This document shows positions 52,584 through 62,600 of a stretch of 64,000 bases of DNA, one piece after another (positions within the stretch are counted from its first letter, which is position 1; the number at the start of each line of letters is the position of its first letter). This DNA is from Naegleria gruberi (taxonomy: Eukaryota). The position numbers and the translations under genes are program-made. The notes below the pieces were generated by a model. The model ran no database searches. It was not told the DNA's origin and was given only the letters and a program-made list of their open reading frames with translations. The stretch lies in the NCBI GenBank assembly GCA_000004985.1, contig GG738845.1; one strand, given 5' to 3'.

Positions 52584-54501
52584 ATGCTTCCTAGTGCCTC
52601 CAACAGTAACCTCACTCCAGGAAATTCACTGGATACCAATAAATCTATGAACGCTCTCAAGTCGTTAAAAGAGTACATATTGGATATGGTGGAAAGCGTT
52701 AATGGAGTAAAGGTATTAATTCTAGATGAATATACTGTAGGTTTAATAATTTAATGATTAATACAACATAATAATAAGAGAGACGTTGTTTCTGTTGTAA
52801 CACCTTTTAGTATGATTATGCAAAAGGAAGTTTTTCTTGTAGATCTGTTGAGTAATCACACCAGACAGAAATTATCAAACATGCGTGCTATTGTTTTTAT
52901 CCGACCAACAAAGGATAATGCCTATCTTTTAAAAGAGGAACTCTCCGATCCTAAATATCAATCCTACAATGTTTGTAAGTTTTGATCGATAAGATTCACC
53001 TAACTCTAACTTAGTTTTCTCCAATGTTGTTGATGAAGAAATTCTTCATAGATTTGCGGAAATAGATAAGAATGAAATGGTTAAAAGCGTATTTGAATAT
53101 TTTACTGAATATTTGGCTCTAGATAACTCGATTTTTTCGTTGAATATGCCTAAAACTTTTAAAATGATGACCAGCCGTTCAGAAACATCTGACACACTTG
53201 TTCCAAAGCTAACTGATGGATTGACAAGTGTTTTGTTATCTCTTAGGAAAAGACCAATTGTAAGATATCAAAAGAATTCTATTCCTTGTAAATTATTAGC
53301 TCAAAATTTGAGTGAAAGAATTTCTGGAAGAGACAAATCAATGAAGGGTATTTTCGATTTTAAAATGGATTATGAAACCAGATATCATACTAAAGCACCT
53401 CCAGCACCTATTTTATTGATTTTGGACAGAAGAGATGATGCTATCACACCACTTTTAACACAATGGACTTACCAAGCAATGATTCATGAACTCATTGGGC
53501 TTAATAACAATGTAATCAAATATCCATCTGATGAAAAAAGAGAAGAAGTCTTTACGGCCCAATATGATGAATTCTTTTCTCAGAATATGTATGAAAATTG
53601 GGGAGATTTATGTAAAAATGTAAAAAAAATTGTTGATAGATACCAACAGAATCATGACATGAAAGAAAATATTCAATCTATTGAAGATTTAGCTAACTTT
53701 ATGAAAAACTTCCCAATATTTAAAAAACAACAACAAGAAGTAGAAAAACACATTACAATGGTAACTGAACTTCGTTCCATTGTTTCCAGACGTAAATTAC
53801 TTGATGTATCAGAAGTTGAGCAAGAGCTGGTTTGTGGTCAAACACATGACAATATTTTTGAAGAATTGAAAAAGATTATCAAGAATGAAAATACTCTTAA
53901 ACTAGATGCCCTCAGACTTGTAATTATTTATTCATTAAGATATGAAGATAGAAAGTCTGAACTCAAACTTCTGAAGGAGTTGCTTGAGGATAAAGGTGTA
54001 GAAGAAACTTGGTTGGTGGATGGAGCAATAAGATTTGGAGGTAAATCAGCACGTACTCCTGGCCTTTTCGACGAACAACCAAAATCTCTTTCAATAACTT
54101 CATTATTTAAGAAAGTGGCAAGTGAATTCCAGGATAAGGAAGTCTCCAATGTATTTACCCAACACAAACCAAGACTTTATGAAACTTTGGAATTTTTATT
54201 TAAAGGAAAATTAGATACTGAGAAATATCCATTTATCAGTGATACTTCAAAGGACATACCACAAGAGGTGATAGTATTTATTGTCGGTGGCATTACTTAT
54301 GAGGAAGCTTCAGCTGTAGAATTGTTCAACAGTAAGGCTAGAAGAGAGGCTGAAGAAAGCGCCAAACTGAAAGCTAACTTTGGTGTTATTAGCTCATTGA
54401 ATCAAATTGACGATAATTTCAAGTCTGTAATTTTGGGTGGCACCAGTGTTTTAAACTCAAAATCATTCCTAAGAGAACTTGAAAATATTGATGGACATTA
54501 A
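52584..54501 (+). CDS. VPS45: Vacuolar protein sorting 45 (Sec1/Munc18 family); join(52584..52736,52779..52974,53015..54501)
   Basis: VKVLILDEYT...MIMQKEVFLVDLL; MRAIVFIRPTKDNAYLLKEELSDPKYQSYNVFFSNVV; LILDRRDDAITPLLTQWTYQAMIHELIG; FIVGGITYEEASAV. Confidence 0.75.
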
Positions 54502-54553
54502 TTATTAAAATTGAAATTATTATTCCTTTACAAAAAAAGAAAAATATTAAAAA

Positions 54554-54964
54554 ATGAATCAAACCAAACGAATTGCTCTGTCTAAAACATCGCCATCTAT
54601 CCGCAACGGAATAATCATGTTCAAGAGATGCACTAATAAACAATCCAGAGAGTTTACAGTTGATATGTGCAATAGAGAAAAATCGGAAAAACAAAACGAA
54701 CAAGCAAAATCCCAGGAGGATGAAAATTTGGAATTTATTATTGAACAAGCATATATTAAAAAGAAGGTGGAACAAGCTGCTCTCAGCTCTCAAGTAAAAA
54801 TTGCTTTAGAAAAGGCCAAAGCAAAGCAAAGAAGAAAAGCCCATTTGGTTGTTGCCTTTGGATTATTTTCTGCTGTTGCAATTACATTGTTTGTTTTTTA
54901 TATTCACCAAACAAGATCACACTCTGGAGTGTTAACAGAAACAACAAAAGATAGAAAATTTTAA
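54554..54964 (+). CDS. Small tail-anchored coiled-coil membrane protein (136 aa), possibly SNARE-like
   Basis: Heptad-like LEFIIEQAYIKKKVEQAALSSQVKIALEKAKAKQRRKA immediately before a single C-terminal TM (HLVVAFGLFSAVAITLFVFYI). Confidence 0.3.
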   Translation: MNQTKRIALSKTSPSIRNGIIMFKRCTNKQSREFTVDMCNREKSEKQNEQAKSQEDENLEFIIEQAYIKKKVEQAALSSQVKIALEKAKAKQRRKAHLVVAFGLFSAVAITLFVFYIHQTRSHSGVLTETTKDRKF

Positions 54965-55950
54965 TTTTTTGGATATTCTTTTGAAAAGACANNNNNNNNN
55001 NNNNNNNNNNNNNNNNNNNNNNNNNNNNNNNNNNNNNNNNNACCCTTTTCCTGTTCTACCATTTCAACAATTTTGCTAGCTGACAAGAAATTCATCTCAT
55101 TCTGTGCATAAAATTTACTTCCTAGTGTAGTCTTACTATTTCTAATACAGTCAATTTGTCTCCAAATCATATAATCAATAGCATGAGATATTGTTGGTAA
55201 TTGATAAATTCTACAATCAAAATTACCAAATATATCTCCATCCAATAATTTTTGACGAACAAGTCTTCTTTTTTCAAAATCTTCAGTTTGATAAGATTTC
55301 TTTGAAATATTAGAATTATGCATGTCATATTCCAATCTACTTTCAAAGCTATCTGCATTTGCTCGTAATAGTTTCCTCAAATAATAATTAAAAGTTATGG
55401 TCAGAAAACTTGTTGAAATGCTAACTAATTTTTGAGCACGACCTCTGTAAATTCCATTTGGCACTTTTTGTTTTTCGTTATTACTTGTTTGCCCTGAGAA
55501 CAATAATGTTAATTCATCTGAACAGTTGTAAATCAATGTTGGATTCATACTCAAATTTTTAAGACACAAGTCTCTCACTGCAAGAAGAAGAGCCCAATGA
55601 ATATTAGCATCAAAAGGCTTTTCGAAAATGTCTCCATTAGTTGTAAAAGATTTAAAATGAAAGCCATCAAAACGCATAACGATTGGTTGTTGGTCTGCAA
55701 TATCAAAGTTAACCTTGCTATCATATTGTCCTTCAAATAGTTTCATTCTAGCAACCACTTCATCAAAATTTTGATTAACAGCCTCCATTCTTTCGTGTAC
55801 AATCTTGTCATTTGTGTTGTTGGTTTTATGAAAGCAACGGAAAGAGAAAGAAGGTATTGTGCCATAGAATTTTCTTCCTTTGCTCATGATGGAAGAACAG
55901 AACAATTTGTGTTGAAGCATTTTTTTGAGATGCTTCTTACTTTCAATCAA
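54961..55950 (-). CDS. THG1: tRNA-His guanylyltransferase (Thg1)-like protein with N-terminal extension (contains gap 54992..55041)
   Basis: KLFEGQYDSKVNFD...PIVMRFDGFHFKSFT...FEKPFDANIHWALLLAVRDLCLK...LIYNCSDELTLLF...YMIWRQIDC follows the Thg1 palm-domain order. Confidence 0.6.
   Translation of the reverse strand: MIESKKHLKKMLQHKLFCSSIMSKGRKFYGTIPSFSFRCFHKTNNTNDKIVHERMEAVNQNFDEVVARMKLFEGQYDSKVNFDIADQQPIVMRFDGFHFKSFTTNGDIFEKPFDANIHWALLLAVRDLCLKNLSMNPTLIYNCSDELTLLFSGQTSNNEKQKVPNGIYRGRAQKLVSISTSFLTITFNYYLRKLLRANADSFESRLEYDMHNSNISKKSYQTEDFEKRRLVRQKLLDGDIFGNFDCRIYQLPTISHAIDYMIWRQIDCIRNSKTTLGSKFYAQNEMNFLSASKIVEMVEQEKGXXXXXXXXXXXXXXXXXVFSKEYPKN
54992..55041. other. Assembly gap (N-run) inside the Thg1-like gene
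   Basis: 50 consecutive n. Confidence 0.95.
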
Positions 55951-56151
55951 TTAAAACATTAATTTTATTGATGACACTAGCAATTTCCACAATATTTTGC
56001 ATCGGAATTAATATTAATAAAATTAAACTTGTAATTTTCTATAATACTAACATTCATTCGCTAGTTTTGAACATGTATTCAGTAGGTGCTTTCACCAACA
56101 TCAATATTTAAAAATTAAAAAAAATGATCACCCAAAGCCAATATAAAAAAA

Positions 56152-58194
56152 ATGTATGAAGACCTACAAAATGATCTTGTTACACCTTTTACACCATTTT
56201 CCTGTTGCTTTGAAAGCCAGGAAGGTACTCTAAACGTAGCTGGTCATGTTGTAGAGTTTAAAAGTAAATATAGTGATAGAAAATTTGATATCCCAACCGA
56301 CCGAATTCGTGTATTTAAAAGTAAAAAAGAGCCAAAATTAAAACTTGATAAACAGCCCAAGGAAGAGGAAGGAAAGGCAACAGAAAAGAATACAGAAAGT
56401 TTTTTGCTAACATTCACAAATCCGGACGATTGCGAAAAATGTAAAGAGTTGATCGCAACATATATGACAAGAGCAGAGAAGAGAAAAAAACAATCTCACG
56501 AAGGAAATAAGCAACTAAAACTACTTGCTAGTGATGCCTTCCTAAAGAAGGTTTATGATGAAATGGTTGGTGGAGGAATTATAAAGAAAGAAGAATTTTG
56601 GGCTCAAAGAAAGTATTTAATATCCTCATCAGCCTTGACAGCATCTGATAGTGGAAAAGGTGGACCTATCATTAAGGAACAACGAGAAGGTTTGAAAAAT
56701 TACCTTTTTTGTTCTGATGATCATTTTGTTTCAAGTGTAAGAACTGATCAAGAAACTACAATTACCCTTTCCAAACGAAAAGTCCAACAAATTTTTACGG
56801 AACACCCTGGTGTTTACCAATATTATAAGAAAGTGGTTCCTACACAAATGAACGAAAAAGAGTTTTGGGCCAAGTTTATGAAATCATATTTTTTTAGAAC
56901 ACTTGATCCAGTGCATAGTGCTATGGGAAATACCACTTCTTCTTATTCAAAAACTGATGTGGATGATCCATTAGAACATTACGAACGAGAAATGAATAAG
57001 GAGTTTGATGAAAAAGCAAAAAATACCCGAGTCAACCCTCTTGTTAATATTGCAGCAGAGGATATAAGAGAAGGTTACGGAATAAGACAAGATGAGTTGA
57101 TTCAACCATCTAAACTAGCGGGATTCCCTGAATCTCTTAAAAATTTGAATAGAAAATCTTCTAGAATAACCCAGTATGCTTTTATTAATGAAAAACCAGG
57201 AGAGCAAAGTAGTGCTCCTTCTAAAGAAGTAATTGATGAAGAAAAAGTTCTAAATGAGGAAAGGGAAAAAATTAAGGAAATGTTGGAGTATGAAGATTTG
57301 AAAGATGAAGCTAATGTGGAATATATACCTTTGAAAATACAAGACAAGAATAGATATTTTGAGGGTTTATTAAATGAGCAATCAGCACCAACTGCTGGTA
57401 CAATCTCCAAAAAGGTAACCTCCTACCCTCTACGAGAAATGAGAAAAGCTTTTAATGAAGAGCTTGCTCACTTGAAACAAAATCTTGATCTTGGATCAGC
57501 TGTAATAGATCCAAAATTAGCAACACAGATATATAGGGAAATAAGTAACCAAATAATACAAAGTGGAGATCGTGATGATAAAAATACAAGTGGAAATCTT
57601 AGTAAAATAGATGTGGAGCACAGATTTAGAGAGGTTTTCGAGCTTGTACACGAACTATTGAGACATTTATGGTCTCTCTTATCATTAACTAAAAACGAAT
57701 GGAAGTCACACCATACTGAAAAATCCGAAAAGATTATCCAAAAGTTGAATGAAAAAAAGGAAATTCTTAAAACTTTAGGCACTGCACAAACCAATCAATG
57801 GGTGAAATCACTTTCTGAATCGATTCAAATTGCTTTGGAACATTTTAGTAGAATGAAACAAGGAAACCCAAATATTAGTCTACCTCAAACTCCAACTTCT
57901 CAATTCCGTACTGTGGAAGTAACTAAACCAGCAACACCTCAACAAAATCCTCAAACACCAGCAACACCTCAAACCAACAAACCAACAATTTCTGTAAACT
58001 TGACCAACAAACCAACCACACCCATGACTAAGATAAACATTCCGACACTTTCAAGAACACCCATGACAAACACACCATCCACACCTTCTGTTAGATTCTC
58101 CTTGCCTTCCAAAAAGGGAATTCAAACACCATCCACACCATCTAGCAGTGAACCAAGCAACGAACCAGCACAAAAGAAAATAAAAATGGACTAA
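56152..58194 (+). CDS. GTF2H1: General transcription factor IIH subunit p62 (TFB1/GTF2H1)
   Basis: Two BSD-domain signatures (KEEFWAQRKYL; NEKEFWAKFMKSYFFR). C-terminal ELVHELLRHLWSLL matches the p62 C-terminal helix. P/T-rich tail. Confidence 0.65.
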   Translation: MYEDLQNDLVTPFTPFSCCFESQEGTLNVAGHVVEFKSKYSDRKFDIPTDRIRVFKSKKEPKLKLDKQPKEEEGKATEKNTESFLLTFTNPDDCEKCKELIATYMTRAEKRKKQSHEGNKQLKLLASDAFLKKVYDEMVGGGIIKKEEFWAQRKYLISSSALTASDSGKGGPIIKEQREGLKNYLFCSDDHFVSSVRTDQETTITLSKRKVQQIFTEHPGVYQYYKKVVPTQMNEKEFWAKFMKSYFFRTLDPVHSAMGNTTSSYSKTDVDDPLEHYEREMNKEFDEKAKNTRVNPLVNIAAEDIREGYGIRQDELIQPSKLAGFPESLKNLNRKSSRITQYAFINEKPGEQSSAPSKEVIDEEKVLNEEREKIKEMLEYEDLKDEANVEYIPLKIQDKNRYFEGLLNEQSAPTAGTISKKVTSYPLREMRKAFNEELAHLKQNLDLGSAVIDPKLATQIYREISNQIIQSGDRDDKNTSGNLSKIDVEHRFREVFELVHELLRHLWSLLSLTKNEWKSHHTEKSEKIIQKLNEKKEILKTLGTAQTNQWVKSLSESIQIALEHFSRMKQGNPNISLPQTPTSQFRTVEVTKPATPQQNPQTPATPQTNKPTISVNLTNKPTTPMTKINIPTLSRTPMTNTPSTPSVRFSLPSKKGIQTPSTPSSSEPSNEPAQKKIKMD

Positions 58195-58273
58195 GTTATT
58201 GATCTACTTTATTCGTATTTAATAAATTCATCTTGGCCTAACTTAACAGACGAGCCAATAAAGAAAACTCTAT

Positions 58274-59395
58274 TTAAAGTTGTTGATGACCTCCTCTAAG
58301 TTTTTCCTCTCTGTATCTTCTACAATCTCTAATAACAATTAAAATGAAAGGAATTAAGAATACAAGAATGCAAAAAATGATAGCTGCAAAGATGATAAAC
58401 ATGGTAATTTCAGTTTCTGATGTAGGTGGTGTCAATGAAGTAGGAGCAAAGGAAGCTTCCAATACGTCAACTCCACTGTCAGGAGCTCCACTTGAATAAA
58501 TCCAATGATCACAAGTACCATTTGATGTCCAATGAACAGGTCCATTCAAGAAAAAGTTTCTACCATTTGCACACAAATCACATTCTGCATTATTCAAACC
58601 TTGGACAATTTCACAACTAGTGTAGTTAGCAATCAGAACGGAAACTTGAGAATTGTAAGTGACATCACCTTTGAAAGTAGCAATAAGCTTGTTGACATTA
58701 CAATCAACAACACCACTCTCCTTCAAATAAACAACCTGAGTCAAAATAAATTTCTTTGAATCCTTTTCAACAACAAAGAAGACGTCTTCCTTAGCTTGAC
58801 TTCCAAAGTAGTTTCTATTGTTTGTTGAGAGCCAATAGTAAGATCCGGTAGCATGAGGACCACGCAAGTCGCAAGATGTGGAAGGATCAACAGCTGGTAG
58901 GAAAGTGAGTGCCTTCTTGTAGAATGCTGTGAAACCAGTTAATGTTAAATCTTCACACTCATCACCAAACGTAATTTTCAATGTTTGAGAGGCAAACATT
59001 GCCTTGAATTTAGAACAGATAGCAGTGATATCATCGGCATAGTTATTGTTCAATACTACAGTACAAGTCAATGATGACATGGTGAAATTTTCAGAAATAG
59101 CATAACTTCCGTGCAAATCAACACCAACAATTGGTGTTGTGTAACCCAAAGCAGGTCCTTTCTTTTCAACAACTTTTAAGTGTACAGCACCACGATTAAC
59201 ATTGGTTGCGCTAAAAGCTTGTAATTTCATGTGAATGTCAACTTGGAGGTTAGCTCCTGTACGTGGAGTAACTTGCCACCAGGTTTCGTCATGAGAAAGA
59301 CAAAGTTGTTCATTATCTGATTGTTGAATAGATGATTGTACTAAAAACAATATCATCATGATGAAAAGCACCACGTGTACCCTGGACGTTGCCAT
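58274..59395 (-). CDS. Type I membrane glycoprotein (373 aa), hypothetical
   Basis: Signal peptide (VVLFIMMILFLVQSSIQQ), Cys-containing ectodomain with N-glycosylation sequons, C-terminal TM (ITMFIIFAAIIFCILVFLIPFILIVI) and a short basic tail. Confidence 0.45.
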   Translation of the reverse strand: MATSRVHVVLFIMMILFLVQSSIQQSDNEQLCLSHDETWWQVTPRTGANLQVDIHMKLQAFSATNVNRGAVHLKVVEKKGPALGYTTPIVGVDLHGSYAISENFTMSSLTCTVVLNNNYADDITAICSKFKAMFASQTLKITFGDECEDLTLTGFTAFYKKALTFLPAVDPSTSCDLRGPHATGSYYWLSTNNRNYFGSQAKEDVFFVVEKDSKKFILTQVVYLKESGVVDCNVNKLIATFKGDVTYNSQVSVLIANYTSCEIVQGLNNAECDLCANGRNFFLNGPVHWTSNGTCDHWIYSSGAPDSGVDVLEASFAPTSLTPPTSETEITMFIIFAAIIFCILVFLIPFILIVIRDCRRYREEKLRGGHQQL

Positions 59396-59634
59396 TTCTT
59401 CTTAGATCTTGTGAAAAAAGAATTCCGTATGAAGAGAGTTATGTTGGATAACAGTTGTGAAACCTACTTCCAATGTGTTTTGGTTGAGAGAACTTTGTAT
59501 TTTTTTTTTAATTAATTTCTTTATTCAATAAAGCCAACAGTCCCAGAAATGGTCAACAGATATCAGAAAAAATAATTGTTCTAAAACCATTATTCTTGAT
59601 ATTATTCCATTTTATTTCCATTTTATTTTCAATG

Positions 59635-62600
59635 TTAGACAACATTTGGTGAATTTGGTGAATTAGGTGAGCTTAGTCTAATTAAATTTGCTTTAGAATT
59701 CTTTCTGTGGGATGCATAGAATAAAAAATCAATATCTGGGTCACTTCTTGGTGACTCAGTTCCAGAATTGTTTGGAGAATCATCATCAATGTTCAAGTCA
59801 AGTTTTGACATTGAACCTATACTAAGGGAGCTCATTGCAAAGTCTTCAAATCTTATTTTGGAATGTAATTCTTGGTGGATATTGTAAACATAACCTTTAG
59901 CCCTTCTCTTTCTCTTAATGATTATTACTGTTGCAACAATTACTATTACAATAACAAAAACAATCGAGAATCTTCTGGTATTTGAGGCTCAGTAAGAGAA
60001 CAATTGCTTCCATAATAAGGTGATTCACAAATACATTGGTTTGGGGAGACACATTTTCCATGTCCATTACAAACAGCTATATTGGCGGATTCAACTTCAA
60101 AACAAACAGGAATTTCACATTGAGAGCCTGTAAATTCAGTTTGATTACATTTACATGTATTAGGGCTCTCACAAATTCCTTTTCCATTACAAACTGTTGG
60201 ATCAGTGCTAAATTTTTGATAACAAATAGAAAGTTCACAATCTTGACCGGAATAGCCATTTGTACAAACGCACTTATCTGGTGAAACACAATTTCCTCTT
60301 GAGTGACAAACGTTTGGATCGTTGTTTGTTTAGTTAAAGCAAACAGGATATTGACAATGGGTACCACTATACCCATTATTACAAGTACAATCGTCAATGT
60401 TTTGGCAATAACCATTACCGTTGCACATTTTTGAGGTTTCATTAGAAAGAATTGAGTAACATGAGAAAAGCTCACAATTAGGGTTTGAGTATCCCAATTG
60501 GCAATCACATCTATCAAGTGCTGAACAGTTTCCTTGGCCATTACAAACTGATGTCAACTCTGATCTTACACCAAAACATGAATGAGTTTCACAATTTTGG
60601 TCAAAGTATCCAATTCCACACTCACAATGGTTAGGAGATTTACAAATTCCATTTCCACTACAGACTGTACTTTCATTAGAAGGAATTCCAAAACAAATAG
60701 GAATTGAGCAAGTGGTCCCAGTAAAACCTTGAACACATTCACAAACATCAGGAGCAATACAAACTCCATAATTGCAAATAGATGGATCCTTGGAACCATA
60801 ACAAATTGATAGGTTGCAATATTGTCCAAAATAGCCAGCACTACAGAAGCAAGAATCAGGAGAAACACAAGATCCATGACAACTACAGACATTTGGTGAA
60901 TTAAACAATTCTGAATAACATGAGTATTCATCACACTTGGAGCCGTTATACCCAAGAGAGCATTTACAAACATCCAAAGAAGTACATTCACCTAATCCAC
61001 TGCAAACAAGTGAGTTGTTAGATAATAAGGAGAAACAATAAGGTAAATCACATTTTTCACCATAATAATCACTATTACAAGAACAATTATTGAGAGAATC
61101 ACAAGAACCATGTCCACTACAAACCAAAGAAGAATTGGACGTGATTCCAAAACATGTACCAACTTCCGCTACAAACATTAGAATGATTTGATTCCGAAAC
61201 ATGAAGTGATGGAACAGTCCCATCCATAATAGCCATCATTACAAACACATTTATCAATTTGGGAGCAAGTACCATTCAAGAAATTACAAACACTGGGATC
61301 ACTGTTAGCAACTCCAAAGCATGAGTGATTTTGGCAATTAGTACCACTATAACCATAAGAACAATCACATAAGTTTGGTCCTAAACAACTGCCCTTTCCA
61401 CTGCAAACATAGGAAGAATTTGAAATAATCCCACTACAATAGGTCAAATTACAAGAACTACTAAACCATTCGCTGTGGCAGGTACAAGAATCATAATTAA
61501 AACAGTCTCCATTTCCACTACAAACAGATACGCTGGTAGAGTTAGTACTATAACATGTAGTTTGATTGGCAAGAACAAGTATTCAGAGCTAGGCATGAAC
61601 CTTTGCCGCTGCATACATCAACAGAGATACTTGTACGACCAAAACATGTTGTAATATTACAGTTTGAACCAAAATATCCAGTGTCACACGTGCAAGAGGC
61701 ATTGCTATTGCATTGCCCTTTCCCATTACAAACTTTTGTATCATTAGAATTAACTCCAAAACATGAAGTAACATTACAATCCAAGCCGAAATAATTAGGT
61801 TTACAACTACAAGTATTTGGATAAGTGCAGTTTCCATTCGAACTGCAAACATGGGCACTATTTGAGTTAATATTAAAGCAAATTGGATATTGACACTCTT
61901 GACCTGTATACCCGCTCAAACATGAGCAGGTATTTGGTCCAATACAAGATCCGTGACCATTACAAGCCCGTGAATCGTTAGAGGGAATTGAAAAGCATTT
62001 GGGATATTGACATTGATCCCCTGTGTATTGTAATTGACAAGAACAAGTATTATTCCCAATACAGGTACCATTCTGATAATTACAGACAGCTGACTCATTG
62101 TACATTTTCCCATAACAAATAGGAATACTACAATCAAAACCTGCCCAATTACCGTAGCATTGACAAAAATCTGGATTTGCGCAATATCCATTACCACTAC
62201 ACACCTTGCTATTTGTGCTTAAAGTTCCAAAGCAGATAGGATCGTTACAATCGGATCCATTATATCCGTATGTTGTATTACAAATACATGTATCCTGTTG
62301 AATGCAATTTCCTCTACCAGAGCAAACATTATCATCACTGAAATTTCTTCCGCTACATTCAAAATAACATTCAATAAGGAAAGTACTCCCTGCAGCAACA
62401 TCAATAATAACGCCTCTTGTAATTTGCTTTTCTTCCAGAGAAACTCTAGTAAATGTTAATAATTCAGGTGATTTTACCTCATAGCTTAGAATCATTGTTT
62501 GTTGGAATTTGAAGAGCATAATTATCACCAAATCCCAACACCTTTCCATCTCTTGTAAGTAGGAGTGTGAGATCAGCAGCTGATGCCTTAATAATAAAGT

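Noticed and set aside
61213-61220. Candidate micro-intron gtttgtag at the 61178/61223 frame break
   Set aside because: 8-15 nt is far below the 40-100-nt intron size seen everywhere else in the window. A frameshift or assembly error is more plausible.
60036-62404. Short ORFs in alternative frames within the EGF-repeat array (60036..60284, 60077..60541, 60566..60991, 61589..61858, 61603..61794, 61916..62197, 62219..62404)
   Set aside because: They lie wholly inside the tandem EGF-like coding repeats. The periodic codon structure creates stop-free alternative frames. No support as genes.
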